The position numbers and the translations under genes are program-made. This document shows positions 1-10,148 of a stretch of DNA of 64,000 nucleotides, in pieces. The notes under the pieces were generated by a model, which did not search any database, was not told the origin of the DNA, and was given only the letters and a program-made list of their open reading frames with translations. The stretch is from NCBI GenBank assembly GCA_905236715.1, contig CAJOMQ010000001.1, positions 110,015-174,014 on the forward strand, given 5' to 3'. This DNA is from an uncultured Bacilli bacterium (GTDB lineage Bacteria > Bacillota_I > Bacilli_A > RFN20 > CAG-826). Every line of letters begins with the position of its first letter. The stretch's first letter is position 1.

Positions 1-1260
1 ATCGATGACCCATAATAAATCATAGGTGTTCGGTTTAATTAAACCGAGTTGTTTCCCATATTGTAATCTAATAGCGCCTAATAAAGGAGAGACACGATTA
101 TCGGGACCCGCGGAAATGATAATGATGTCATTGTTCTTCATAGCGAATTCTTTGATTAAAGCGGCTTTTTCGCCTTCTGTTAAGAATTTTACAAATCCAC
201 CGGTTAATTCCTCATTCTCCATTTTAAGAACCGCTAAACCGCCTAAACCGAACTTCTTTGCTTCAACAGTGAGATTATCCACTACTTTACGACTTGTCGT
301 ATCTGCGACGTTAGGGACACAAATACCACGAATCGCATCCGCAGTTTTATAGGTTTCAAATGTTGTATCCGCAAAGAGGGATTTAAGATTATGTAATTCA
401 ATACCAAAGCGAGTATCGGGTTTATCCGTACCATAACGTTCCATAGCTTCTTTATAAGTCATTTGGCGTAATGGTAATTTGACATCATATCCAATAGTAT
501 TCATGAATATTTCATGAATCAATCCTTCCATAATCGTCAAAAATTGGTTTTGATCAAGGAAGGAGGTCTCAATATCAATTTGCGTAAAATCGGGTTGTCT
601 ATCCGCACGTAAATCTTCATCGCGGAAACAACGAGCGATTTGATAATATCTTTCAAAACCCGCGACCATCAAAAGTTGTTTAAACATTTGTGGAGATTGC
701 GGTAAAGCATAAAAACTACCGTGATGTAAACGGGAAGGAACTAAATATTCCTTGGCGCCTTCTGGAGAAGAGGCCGCTAACATCGGTGTTTCTACTTCAA
801 TAAATTGATGTTCGTGCAAATATTTGTGGGTCGTAATTTTAATTTCATCACGAATGTCAAAAAATCTTTGCATGCAAGGACGACGTAAGTCGAGATAGCG
901 GTATTTTAATCTCACTTCTTCTAAGGCGTCGGTTTCATCAGCGATGATTAATGGGGTGGTTTTCGCTGTGTTAACTACGTTAATTTTGTCCGCGATAACT
1001 TCAATTTCCCCGGTTTTCATTTTGGGATTAGCCACTTCTCGACGGCTCACGGTGCCTTCGACTTGTAAAACATATTCGTTACGAATATCAGGGGCTTTAT
1101 CAGCCTCTTTAATCATAATTTGCATAATGCCACTACGATCTCTTAAATCAACAAAGATAATTGAACCGAGATTTCTCTTTTTACTCACCCAGCCCACTAA
1201 AGTGACTTTTTTGCCAACATCGGCCAGGGAGAGTTCTGTATTTCGACATGTTCTTTCCAT
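1..1260 (-). CDS. aspS: Aspartyl-tRNA synthetase (N-terminal ~420 aa; C-terminus lies beyond the window start)
   Basis: The reverse-complement translation from the ATG at 1260-1258 reads MERTCRNTELSLADVGKKVTLVGWVSKKRNLGSIIFVDLRDRSG...FRDEDLRADRQPDFTQID, a class II AspRS anticodon-binding and catalytic core. The ORF track missed it because no stop lies inside the window. It sits directly downstream of hisS, as in the Firmicute hisS-aspS operon. Confidence 0.9.
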   Translation of the reverse strand, partial: MERTCRNTELSLADVGKKVTLVGWVSKKRNLGSIIFVDLRDRSGIMQIMIKEADKAPDIRNEYVLQVEGTVSRREVANPKMKTGEIEVIADKINVVNTAKTTPLIIADETDALEEVRLKYRYLDLRRPCMQRFFDIRDEIKITTHKYLHEHQFIEVETPMLAASSPEGAKEYLVPSRLHHGSFYALPQSPQMFKQLLMVAGFERYYQIARCFRDEDLRADRQPDFTQIDIETSFLDQNQFLTIMEGLIHEIFMNTIGYDVKLPLRQMTYKEAMERYGTDKPDTRFGIELHNLKSLFADTTFETYKTADAIRGICVPNVADTTSRKVVDNLTVEAKKFGLGGLAVLKMENEELTGGFVKFLTEGEKAALIKEFAMKNNDIIIISAGPDNRVSPLLGAIRLQYGKQLGLIKPNTYDLLWVID

Positions 1261-1262
1261 AA

Positions 1263-2591
1263 TTATTCCTTCTTTTGACCTCCACATTCTTCGCCACAAC
1301 AACATTCGCGTTCGTTTTCACCGAGTAATTGATCTAAACGTTCAATATATTCGTTTAAGCATATTTCTTCTTGCTCTTTGGTTAATAAATTTTTCAAAAT
1401 TATCGTCCCATTAGCGACTTCATTATCTCCGATAATAACGCCGACTCTAGCGCCTTTCTTTTCGGCCTTTTTAAACATATTACCTAATTTGGTATTATCG
1501 AAGTTCATCTCGACATTATATCCGAGTAAACGTGCTTCATTGGCTAACGCTAAAGCGTGTATTTGATTTTGTTCACCTAATGGCATCACATAAATATCAC
1601 ATTTTTGGGCCACATTATCTGGAACAAGACCATCATCTGTGATGACTGACGCTAATCTTTCAATACCGAATGAGAAGCCAATACCTGGGACGTCTGGTCC
1701 CCCGACTTCTTTCACTAGGTGGCTATAATGTCCACCGGCGCCAATCGCCCCATAATCGTTACCTTTTTGGCTGATATAATGGAATTCAAAGACGGTTTCG
1801 GAATAATAATCAAGTCCTCTCACCAAATTATCATCAACTTCAAAAGGAATATCATATTCCTTTAAAGCATTACAAACGACTTGGAAACGCGCTTTACTAG
1901 CCTCTGAAAGATATTCAGACATCTTTGGAGCTCCCGTGACGATTTCTTGATCGTGAGGAACTTTACAATCAAGAATTCTTAACGGATTGAGTTTATAACG
2001 GGAATGGCAATCTTCACACATGTCATCAATCTTATCTTTAAAATAATCTTTTAAAGCTTGACGATAATTTAAGCGGGACTCCTCGTCCCCTAAGGTGTTA
2101 ATTTTAATTTTGACATTCTCTAGACCTAAAGAGACGAGCATCGTATAAGCCATCGTAATGACTTCCACATCGTTAATTGGCGAATTATGCCCCACGGCTT
2201 CCACACCAAATTGATTAAATTGACGATAACGGCCGAGTTGTGGTCTTTCATAACGGAAAACAGGGCCACAATAATATAATTTCAAAGGCCAATCATTTGT
2301 CGCTAATAATTTATTTTGCACGATTAAACGCATGATGCCCGCGGTAAATTCGGGGCGTAAGGTTAAGCTTCTTTCCCCTTTATCGAGAAATGTATACATT
2401 TCTTTTCTCACGACATCACTTGATTCACCAACACCTCTGACGAATAATTCGCTATATTCGAGAACCGGTGGGCGCACTTCACTATACATATATAGTTCCG
2501 CAACTTGCTTGAGCAAATTTTCAATTTCGCTATATAAATTAGCCTCGACGCCAATGACATCATGTGTCCCTTTTACATTGTTAATAGCCAT
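1263..2591 (-). CDS. hisS: Histidyl-tRNA synthetase with an unusual Cys-rich C-terminal tail
   Basis: The 442-aa ORF has class II aaRS motifs and a HisRS-like core (LRPEFTAGIMR, GGRYDGL-type region). The aspS start follows 2 nt after its stop. Confidence 0.95.
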   Translation of the reverse strand: MAINNVKGTHDVIGVEANLYSEIENLLKQVAELYMYSEVRPPVLEYSELFVRGVGESSDVVRKEMYTFLDKGERSLTLRPEFTAGIMRLIVQNKLLATNDWPLKLYYCGPVFRYERPQLGRYRQFNQFGVEAVGHNSPINDVEVITMAYTMLVSLGLENVKIKINTLGDEESRLNYRQALKDYFKDKIDDMCEDCHSRYKLNPLRILDCKVPHDQEIVTGAPKMSEYLSEASKARFQVVCNALKEYDIPFEVDDNLVRGLDYYSETVFEFHYISQKGNDYGAIGAGGHYSHLVKEVGGPDVPGIGFSFGIERLASVITDDGLVPDNVAQKCDIYVMPLGEQNQIHALALANEARLLGYNVEMNFDNTKLGNMFKKAEKKGARVGVIIGDNEVANGTIILKNLLTKEQEEICLNEYIERLDQLLGENERECCCGEECGGQKKE

Positions 2592-2621
2592 AATATTTTC
2601 CTTTCATAATTAATATATTAA

Positions 2622-4841
2622 TTAGTGAATGATTCTTATCACATCATAGACACCTTTGATGGAGCGGATAATGTGGAATAAATCATCGAGTCTTTTTGCA
2701 TCGCTCACATAGATGGACATAGAGATATAACAATCCAAATTGTTATTAGTCAAATGAGCATGTAAATTACTCACTGTCGTTTTATTTGAAGATAAGGTGG
2801 ACATCAAATCAACGAGAAGATTGGGTCTATCGTTTGCTTTCACCACCACATCGACTTGATAAGTGGCAAATTCTAAATCATCACGCCAATAAACATCGAC
2901 TAGACGTTGCGTTTCGTGGGCCACATTAGGACAATTAGCACGGTGCACTGTCACACCTTTACCTTTGGTAATATATCCGACGATATTATCACCGGGAATC
3001 GGTGTACAGCAACTAGCTAACCCGATAGCGATTTTCCCGACTCCTTTACAATAGACAGGGCAGGTATTACTCGCTTTCCCTCTTGTCCAAGCCCCACTTA
3101 AAACATTGCTGATGGGTCGTTTAATTCTTAAAAATTCAATAATTTGATTCGCGGTGGGTTTATGACCAGAGATGCCAACGAATAAATCATCGACATTGTC
3201 AAAGCCAAAATGTTCTAATGTCTTTTCATCTTGAAGATATTTCATCGCCGCTTCTTCATCAACTTCGCGGTCTTTAAAAGCGTCAAGCACTGACTGTTTG
3301 CCTTTGGCAATACGGTCATCTCTTAATAATTCGGCATTCTTTTTGGCGACGTATTTGCGAATCGCGCTTTTGGCGTTAGCGGATTTGACAAAAGCCAACC
3401 AGTCTTCATTCGGTGTGGAATTCTTATTGGTTTTAATTTCCACTAAGTCACCGGTTTTCAAAACGGTATTTAAAGGCACCATGACATGATTGACAATCGC
3501 GCCAACGCATGTATCGCCCACTTTTGTGTGAATACGATAAGCAAAATCAACGGGTGTACTACCAGTGGGTAATTCCACTACTTTGCCTTTTGGCGTAAAA
3601 ACATAGACATTAGCTTCAAAAATATCATGGGTGAGGCTTTCGATATATTCAGAAGCTTTTTCATCCTGACTTTCATTACTCATGGAAACCATATCGCGGA
3701 ACCAATGCAATTTATTTTCAATTTCTTGTTGTTCTTTTTGCGAATTATAGCCATTACCTTCTTTATAGGCCCAGTGAGCGGCAATGCCACTTTCCGCTAC
3801 TTCATCCATCTCTTTGGTGCGGATTTGAATTTCATAGAAATTCCCATCACCACCGACAATGGTCGTATGTAATGATTGATACATATTGGCTTTGGGCATC
3901 GCAATGTAATCTTTAAAACGTCCAGGAACGGGTTTATAAGATTGATGGATTAAGCCCATAATTTCATAGCACTGAATTTCATTATCAGTGATGATACGGA
4001 GGGCTAAAATATCATATATTTCATCAAAAGGATGGCCTTTAATGTACATCTTTCGATAAATCGAATAAATGGATTTCACACGAGCGGAAATGTCAAAAGG
4101 AATATTTTGTTCGAATAAAATATCGGCAATTTTCTTTTTCAATTGATCAAGAGATTTGGTCATTGTTTTAGCGCGTTTGCTGAGCAATTTCTTGATTTCG
4201 TTATATTTTTCTGGCTCCAAATATTTTAAGCAGAGGTCTTCTAATTCACTTTTAATGGTGTCTAAACCTAAGCGGTGCGCAATCGGGACAAAAACATCAA
4301 TGGTTTCTTTAGAAATAACTTGTTGTCTTTCGGGCGATAAGGCCGCTAAAGTGCGCATATTATGTAATCTATCCGCTAATTTGATGATGATGACACGGAT
4401 GTCTTTGGCCATGCCAAGGAATATTTTGCGGTGATCTTCTGCTTCAAATTCTTCCGCATCAATACGGGATAATTTCAATCTTTGAATTTTCGTGAGAGCG
4501 TCAACAATCTTAGCGACTTCGGGACCCCACATCTTTTCGATATCTTCAATTGTGGTATCCGTGTCTTCGACAACATCATGTAAAAAGCCAGCGATAATGG
4601 TCGCCGGACCACAATGTAAATCAGCGAGGATATAAGCTACTTCCACGAGGTGATGATAATATGGTTCACCACTTTTCCGTAACTGGCCTTCATGCTTACG
4701 CATGATAAAATCATAAGCGCGACGAATGTTGTTCTTATCTTCATCAGAAGAGATGTATAAAGAGAATTTTTCTTCAACATCTTCATATGTATGTAAGGGA
4801 TATCCACCGTTGACTAAGACTTTTTCCATTTGTAATACCAA
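2622..4841 (-). CDS. rel: Bifunctional (p)ppGpp synthetase/hydrolase of the RelA/SpoT family
   Basis: The 739-aa ORF has an N-terminal HD hydrolase motif (HDVVEDT), a RelA_SpoT synthetase region, and TGS and ACT-like C-terminal parts. The hisS start lies 30 nt downstream. Confidence 0.95.
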   Translation of the reverse strand: MVLQMEKVLVNGGYPLHTYEDVEEKFSLYISSDEDKNNIRRAYDFIMRKHEGQLRKSGEPYYHHLVEVAYILADLHCGPATIIAGFLHDVVEDTDTTIEDIEKMWGPEVAKIVDALTKIQRLKLSRIDAEEFEAEDHRKIFLGMAKDIRVIIIKLADRLHNMRTLAALSPERQQVISKETIDVFVPIAHRLGLDTIKSELEDLCLKYLEPEKYNEIKKLLSKRAKTMTKSLDQLKKKIADILFEQNIPFDISARVKSIYSIYRKMYIKGHPFDEIYDILALRIITDNEIQCYEIMGLIHQSYKPVPGRFKDYIAMPKANMYQSLHTTIVGGDGNFYEIQIRTKEMDEVAESGIAAHWAYKEGNGYNSQKEQQEIENKLHWFRDMVSMSNESQDEKASEYIESLTHDIFEANVYVFTPKGKVVELPTGSTPVDFAYRIHTKVGDTCVGAIVNHVMVPLNTVLKTGDLVEIKTNKNSTPNEDWLAFVKSANAKSAIRKYVAKKNAELLRDDRIAKGKQSVLDAFKDREVDEEAAMKYLQDEKTLEHFGFDNVDDLFVGISGHKPTANQIIEFLRIKRPISNVLSGAWTRGKASNTCPVYCKGVGKIAIGLASCCTPIPGDNIVGYITKGKGVTVHRANCPNVAHETQRLVDVYWRDDLEFATYQVDVVVKANDRPNLLVDLMSTLSSNKTTVSNLHAHLTNNNLDCYISMSIYVSDAKRLDDLFHIIRSIKGVYDVIRIIH

Positions 4842-4913
4842 AAATTATCTTATCTCTTTTTATTCTTTAAATAAAGGAATAAAGCAAAAAGCCGATAAAA
4901 TAAAAAGCCAAGA

Positions 4914-6695
4914 TTAATTGGCTTTCTGATCTTCATATTGCAGTTTATATAATTTGTAATAGAGACCTTTTTGTTTTAATAAACCTTGGTGATTACCACT
5001 TTCAATGATTTCTCCGTGTTGTAAAACGATAATCTTATCGGCTTTTTGTATGGTGGATAATCGGTGCGCCACCACGAGCATTGTACCAATGCTTTTCATC
5101 TTTTCTAATGATTCTTGAATCAATACTTCGGTTTCCGTATCGATATTCGCAGTTGCCTCATCAAGAATGAGAATCTGTGGTTTATGAAGGATTGTTCTCG
5201 CAAAGGATAGGAGTTGTCTTTGTCCTTGTGAGAAATTTTCCCCTCTTTCAATCACTTCTTCTTCTAAGCCGTGATCTAATCGATTGATAAATTTATCAGC
5301 GTTCACATAAGTACAAGCTTCCATCACTTCTTCATCGCTGAAGGACTCATCATGCAAAGTAATATTGTTTTTAATATTGCCGGAGAAGAGGAAAACATCT
5401 TGTAACATTTGCCCAATAGCTTTCCGTAAACAATCGATTTTGATATCTTTAATATCAATATCATCGATGAGAATTTGTCCTTTTTGGATTTCATAATTTC
5501 GGACAATAAGGGAAAGAATAGTTGTTTTTCCCGCACCGGTAGCGCCCACAAAGGCGCATGTTTCGCCAGGTTCCACCACAAACGAGACATCTTTTAATAC
5601 CCATTCATTCGGTAAGTAAGCAAACCAGACATTTTTAAATTCAATTTTCCCATCAAAGTGGTCAATTTCTAAAGCGTCTGGTTTATCTAATACTTCGGGA
5701 GGAACATCCATAAGATTAAATAATCTTTCCGAAGAAGTTCTCGCTCTTTGGATGTGATTTAATTTATCCGCTAATTCTTGGACAGGATTAAAGAATTTTG
5801 ATAAATAGAGATAAAACGCCACCACTTCACCAGCGTTAAGATTACGGCTACCAAAGAAGAAAGTCACCGCCACCGCTAATAAATAGAGTAAATTAATCAA
5901 AGGACGATAAACGCCAAAGGCAAGGATGATATGATAACGATCATTTTTCAAATCGTTATTGACCTTGACAAATTCTTTGTCTTTTCGGGCTTGTTGATTG
6001 AAATATTGGATAATTTTCATGCCACTTAAACTTTCGTTTAAGAAAGCATTAAGCGCACTGGTATCCGCTCTTTCTTTTTTGAAAATCTTATAGATGATTT
6101 TGGAAAAGAAGAAAGAAATGATGAAGATGATGACCACAAATCCTAAAAGGATTAAAGAAAGTCGCCAAGAGATGGTCACCATAATGACATAAACCGCCAC
6201 TACTGTGACGATATCTCTTAAAATATTCACCAATACGTTGGTAAATAAATCACTCATCTGGGTCGTATAATTAGCCACACGCGTCACTAAAGAGCCCACC
6301 GGCATTTCGTTAAATTGATTTTGCGACATATTTTCAATGTGAGCGAAAACATCATAACGAATCTTGTAGATGATATTTTGTCCAGCACGTTGGAGAAGCA
6401 TGCTTTCAAAATAAGCTACACCTTGATTCACCACTGCTAAACCGAAATAGCCCACTGCTAAAAAGATAATATCGGTGAGAATGTTTTGTGAAAGTACATC
6501 TGACTGTAGGTTATTGGTGATGTTAGCCATCAATAAGGGGAAGATTAAATCAAAGGCTACGGTGACGCCAATAAAGATAAAAGCGAAAAGGAATTTCACC
6601 CATTCAGGTTTGACGTAGGCCATGATGCGTTTAAAAAGAATGCGATTAGGAATCTTTTTATCACCAGTTAATGCTAATTTTTCTTCGGCATCCAT
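4914..6695 (-). CDS. ABC exporter, fused permease plus ATPase (half of a heterodimer)
   Basis: The 593-aa ORF has six N-terminal TM helices followed by Walker A (GATGAGKTT), the ABC signature (FSQGQRQLL) and Walker B (ILILDEAT). Confidence 0.9.
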   Translation of the reverse strand: MDAEEKLALTGDKKIPNRILFKRIMAYVKPEWVKFLFAFIFIGVTVAFDLIFPLLMANITNNLQSDVLSQNILTDIIFLAVGYFGLAVVNQGVAYFESMLLQRAGQNIIYKIRYDVFAHIENMSQNQFNEMPVGSLVTRVANYTTQMSDLFTNVLVNILRDIVTVVAVYVIMVTISWRLSLILLGFVVIIFIISFFFSKIIYKIFKKERADTSALNAFLNESLSGMKIIQYFNQQARKDKEFVKVNNDLKNDRYHIILAFGVYRPLINLLYLLAVAVTFFFGSRNLNAGEVVAFYLYLSKFFNPVQELADKLNHIQRARTSSERLFNLMDVPPEVLDKPDALEIDHFDGKIEFKNVWFAYLPNEWVLKDVSFVVEPGETCAFVGATGAGKTTILSLIVRNYEIQKGQILIDDIDIKDIKIDCLRKAIGQMLQDVFLFSGNIKNNITLHDESFSDEEVMEACTYVNADKFINRLDHGLEEEVIERGENFSQGQRQLLSFARTILHKPQILILDEATANIDTETEVLIQESLEKMKSIGTMLVVAHRLSTIQKADKIIVLQHGEIIESGNHQGLLKQKGLYYKLYKLQYEDQKAN

Positions 6696-6696
6696 C

Positions 6697-8493
6697 TTAC
6701 CTACCTCCTTCCACTTCTTCTTCTAATTTTTGTAATTTCACCATGTTCTTATAGGTGGAGGAAATCTTTAAAAGATTTTCCGGAGTATCAAAAGCTTCTA
6801 AGCAACCATCGTTTAAAACAATAATGCGATCCATATGGGCCACAGTGGAAACACGAGACGCCACTAAAATGGTCGTTTTGCCTTCACGTTGGGTTTGAAT
6901 ATTGTGCAAAATAGTTTCTTCGGTTTTCACGTCAACCGCAGAAACGGAATCATCAAGAATTAATATAGGTGCGCCTGTATAGAAAGCGCGGGCAATGGAA
7001 ATACGTTGCTTTTGTCCACCTGATAATGTGACGCCTCTTTCGCCCGAGACAGTTTCATAAGAATTGGTGAAATCAGAAATGTCACTATGGACATCGGAGA
7101 ATTTCGCTGCGCTGATATAGCGGTCAGATTCATCTTCTTCATCCGAAAAAGCGATGTTGTTTTTGATTGTATCACTAAATAAGAAATTGTCTTGTGGCAC
7201 ATAAGCGATATTTTTTCTTAGTGAATATAAAGTCACATCCATAATATCGTGGCCATCAATTAAAACATTATTGGGCTCCACATTATAACTGCGTAATAAA
7301 GAGTTGGCTAATGTTGTCTTGCCGGAACCAATTTTACCGACGATACCAATTTTTTCACCCGCTTTTATTTCTAAAGAAATATCTTTTAGATATAATTTGC
7401 CACTATCAGGATAAACAAAAGAGAAATGATTAAAAGTAATGTTGCCTTTGACATCTTTTAATTCAATGGCTCCTTCTTTATCTTTGACATTTTCTTCTTC
7501 ATCGAGGAAATGGCTGATTCTTTTTAGTGATGTCTTGGCGCGGGAACGCATAGAAACGATTTGTCCTAACGCCATCATCGGCCAAATGAGAGTTTCAAAA
7601 TAACCGAGGAAGGTGACTAATTGGCCAGCGTTTAAAGTAACTTCATGACCAAAAAGAGTGACGGGATTACCAGTTTGACTAGCGTAAACAAACCAGCCAC
7701 CAAAGCCCACTAAGATGGCTAATATGGCGGAAATGATAATAGCTATGCAATTATCAAAGATGACGGATAAACGGGCAAACGACAAATTGGCGTCTTTACT
7801 TTTTCTGGCCACTTTGGCAAAAGCGTGTAATTCTTGAGTTTGTTTAACAAATGCTTTAATAACGCGAATGCCGGTGAAATTTTCTTGGGAAAAATCATAT
7901 AAATTATCAAAAGCTTTTTGTCTATTTTCCCATCTTTGTGACATGAATTTTTCCACTAATGCACCCCAGACAACGATTAAAAGCATGGGGATGAGAGCGA
8001 TTAGAGTCAAAGGTAAATCAAGCAAAAACATCTTCACGATGACTAAAGCCGACATAAACAAGGCATCAACGAGCATAATGGTGCCCCAGCCAAAGAAGTC
8101 TTCGACTTCATCGATATCATTGGTGAACCAAGCCGTAATGGTTCCCACTTTGTTTTGATGATAATAATCTAAAGATAAGCGTTCCGCCTTTAAAAACATT
8201 TGATGACGGAGGCTAGCTTGAATATTTGTGGAAGCATGGAAAACCGCGACACGCCAAATAATCCGACCAACAAACATGCCGATAGCGACAAAAACCACAT
8301 ACAAAACGATCTTGCTGATGGCTTCAATATTTATTTGTTCGCCAGCGGGAACATGTAATAAATTGACCACTTCTCCCAAATATTCAGGAATAAATAATTG
8401 GAGATAATCAACTGCGACTAAAGCAGCCACCCCTATAAGGAAGAAAATGCCATATTTGAGATAGAATTTGTTAACGTATTTTCCTAATAGCAT
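6697..8493 (-). CDS. ABC exporter, fused permease plus ATPase (partner half)
   Basis: The 598-aa ORF has Walker A (GKIGSGKTT), the signature LSGGQKQR and Walker B (ILILDDS). It lies 1 nt from the previous ABC gene, which suggests a heterodimeric multidrug-type exporter. Confidence 0.9.
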   Translation of the reverse strand: MLLGKYVNKFYLKYGIFFLIGVAALVAVDYLQLFIPEYLGEVVNLLHVPAGEQINIEAISKIVLYVVFVAIGMFVGRIIWRVAVFHASTNIQASLRHQMFLKAERLSLDYYHQNKVGTITAWFTNDIDEVEDFFGWGTIMLVDALFMSALVIVKMFLLDLPLTLIALIPMLLIVVWGALVEKFMSQRWENRQKAFDNLYDFSQENFTGIRVIKAFVKQTQELHAFAKVARKSKDANLSFARLSVIFDNCIAIIISAILAILVGFGGWFVYASQTGNPVTLFGHEVTLNAGQLVTFLGYFETLIWPMMALGQIVSMRSRAKTSLKRISHFLDEEENVKDKEGAIELKDVKGNITFNHFSFVYPDSGKLYLKDISLEIKAGEKIGIVGKIGSGKTTLANSLLRSYNVEPNNVLIDGHDIMDVTLYSLRKNIAYVPQDNFLFSDTIKNNIAFSDEEDESDRYISAAKFSDVHSDISDFTNSYETVSGERGVTLSGGQKQRISIARAFYTGAPILILDDSVSAVDVKTEETILHNIQTQREGKTTILVASRVSTVAHMDRIIVLNDGCLEAFDTPENLLKISSTYKNMVKLQKLEEEVEGGR

Positions 8494-8546
8494 AATTACT
8501 TAGTAAATGATATCAATATAAAATAAAAGTCGCAATTACTTTGCGA

Positions 8547-10115
8547 CTATTTCTTGCTCTCTTGATAAGACTTTATAGCGAATTCTAAAGTCGTTTGTCC
8601 ACGATATGTGGAAGTCTTCATTCGCCCTTTAAAATCAACATACCGATAAGCGGATAATTCTTCTTTTCCCATATTAAAGCCAATTAATTTTACCCCTTGA
8701 CCGATATAAGTCAAGATGTGTTCATTATTTCTTGAATACATTAAGGATGAGGTGAGAATGTGACTAATCGCAAAGGTCGGAGAAGGCCAACTTTCTCCAA
8801 AAGGAGAAAAGGAATTGACTAATTCATAATTAGCGAAATTAATTTCCGTTAATCCTAAAGGAATAATTTCTTCTTTATATTCTTCAATTGGTGTATTTTT
8901 GACTAGTTCAATGAATCTCTTTTTAAAGAGGGGGAAATCTTCCGCTTTAATGGAACACCCGCCCGCTAGTGCATGACCGCCAGCGGCTAAAGTTAAATCG
9001 CTCAATTTATTAAAAGCGTCAACAACATTAAAACCGACAGGAGCGCGACAGCTTCCTTTGAAAACATCTTCGTTTTGTTCTTTAGCAAAGACAATTGTGG
9101 GCACATGATAAGTGCTACACAAATGATTAGCGATTAATCCCAATAATCCTTCTTTGACATCACTAATGATGACAATCGCCCCATTTTCTTGGGGAACATC
9201 TTTAATATCTAAAGTCGCTGATTTACTAGCTTCTTTTCTTTCTTCATTAGTTTGATTAATCCAATTTAAGTAGTTTAATATTTCTTCGCGATTTTCTGAG
9301 GTGAAAAATAGGACAATGCGGTTGATTTGATCATCTTCAATCATACGACCTAAAGCGTTGATTTTGGGGGCGATTTTCATCCCAATACTATTTTCATCAA
9401 ATCTCTCGCCGTCTTTTAATAAATCAATGGCTAAAAATTCATCGTCTTCATAAGCGGAAATACACGCTTTTAATAGGCGTCTATTATAATCTAATAATGG
9501 CATCATATCACTGATAAGAGAGATACTGGCTAGCATAGCTAGATATTTGTCCACTCTCCCTAAAAAGGCACTGGCAAACATAAAAGCGGTAAAAGCTCCA
9601 CTACTAGGCGTTTCACCAAAGTGAGAAAAGGTCGGATGAATAATGATATCCGCCAGTGGTAAAGTATCTTGAATTGTGTGGTGATCAAGGACTAAAACTT
9701 TCACCCCGTGATTATGTAAATATTCAATTCCTTCAAAAGCAGAAACACCATTATCGACAGTAATTAATAAACCCACACCATTTTCCACGGCTTTTTGGGC
9801 GTATTTGAGGGTTAAACCATATCCATCTAAATAACGGGATGGGATATAATAATCAACTGGATAATGAACATATTGAAACATCTTCACTAAAATGCTCGTG
9901 CCCATCACCCCATCAGCGTCATAATCACCATAAATGGCGACTCTTTGTAAATGATCAATTGCTTCTTTCACTAATGACACCGCTTCTTCCATACGGTCGA
10001 AATGATGACCAATAGCAAAATCTTCGATGGTGCTGGGCGCGATAAGGTCGGCATATCGCTCTTCATCGATATGATAAAAATCTAATAGTCTCTGTTTTAA
10101 AGTTTTTTGCATCAT
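8547..10115 (-). CDS. recJ: DHH-family single-stranded-DNA exonuclease RecJ-like
   Basis: The 522-aa ORF carries a DHH motif region (YGDYDADGVMGTSIL...DHH) and a DHHA1-like C-terminus. Its position between secDF and rel matches B. subtilis recJ synteny. It is shorter than canonical RecJ. Confidence 0.7.
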   Translation of the reverse strand: MMQKTLKQRLLDFYHIDEERYADLIAPSTIEDFAIGHHFDRMEEAVSLVKEAIDHLQRVAIYGDYDADGVMGTSILVKMFQYVHYPVDYYIPSRYLDGYGLTLKYAQKAVENGVGLLITVDNGVSAFEGIEYLHNHGVKVLVLDHHTIQDTLPLADIIIHPTFSHFGETPSSGAFTAFMFASAFLGRVDKYLAMLASISLISDMMPLLDYNRRLLKACISAYEDDEFLAIDLLKDGERFDENSIGMKIAPKINALGRMIEDDQINRIVLFFTSENREEILNYLNWINQTNEERKEASKSATLDIKDVPQENGAIVIISDVKEGLLGLIANHLCSTYHVPTIVFAKEQNEDVFKGSCRAPVGFNVVDAFNKLSDLTLAAGGHALAGGCSIKAEDFPLFKKRFIELVKNTPIEEYKEEIIPLGLTEINFANYELVNSFSPFGESWPSPTFAISHILTSSLMYSRNNEHILTYIGQGVKLIGFNMGKEELSAYRYVDFKGRMKTSTYRGQTTLEFAIKSYQESKK

Positions 10116-10148
10116 AGAAAAAGGGCTACCAAAAGGTAGCCATGAAAA

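Noticed and set aside
944-1566. Plus-strand ORFs 944..1414 and 1378..1566 (and many similar 60-160-aa ORFs such as 3298..3489, 7868..8158, 12171..12482, 26293..26775, 53134..53598)
   Set aside because: They lie antisense to, or embedded in, strongly supported long genes. They have low-complexity compositions and no RBS. They are out-of-frame shadows.
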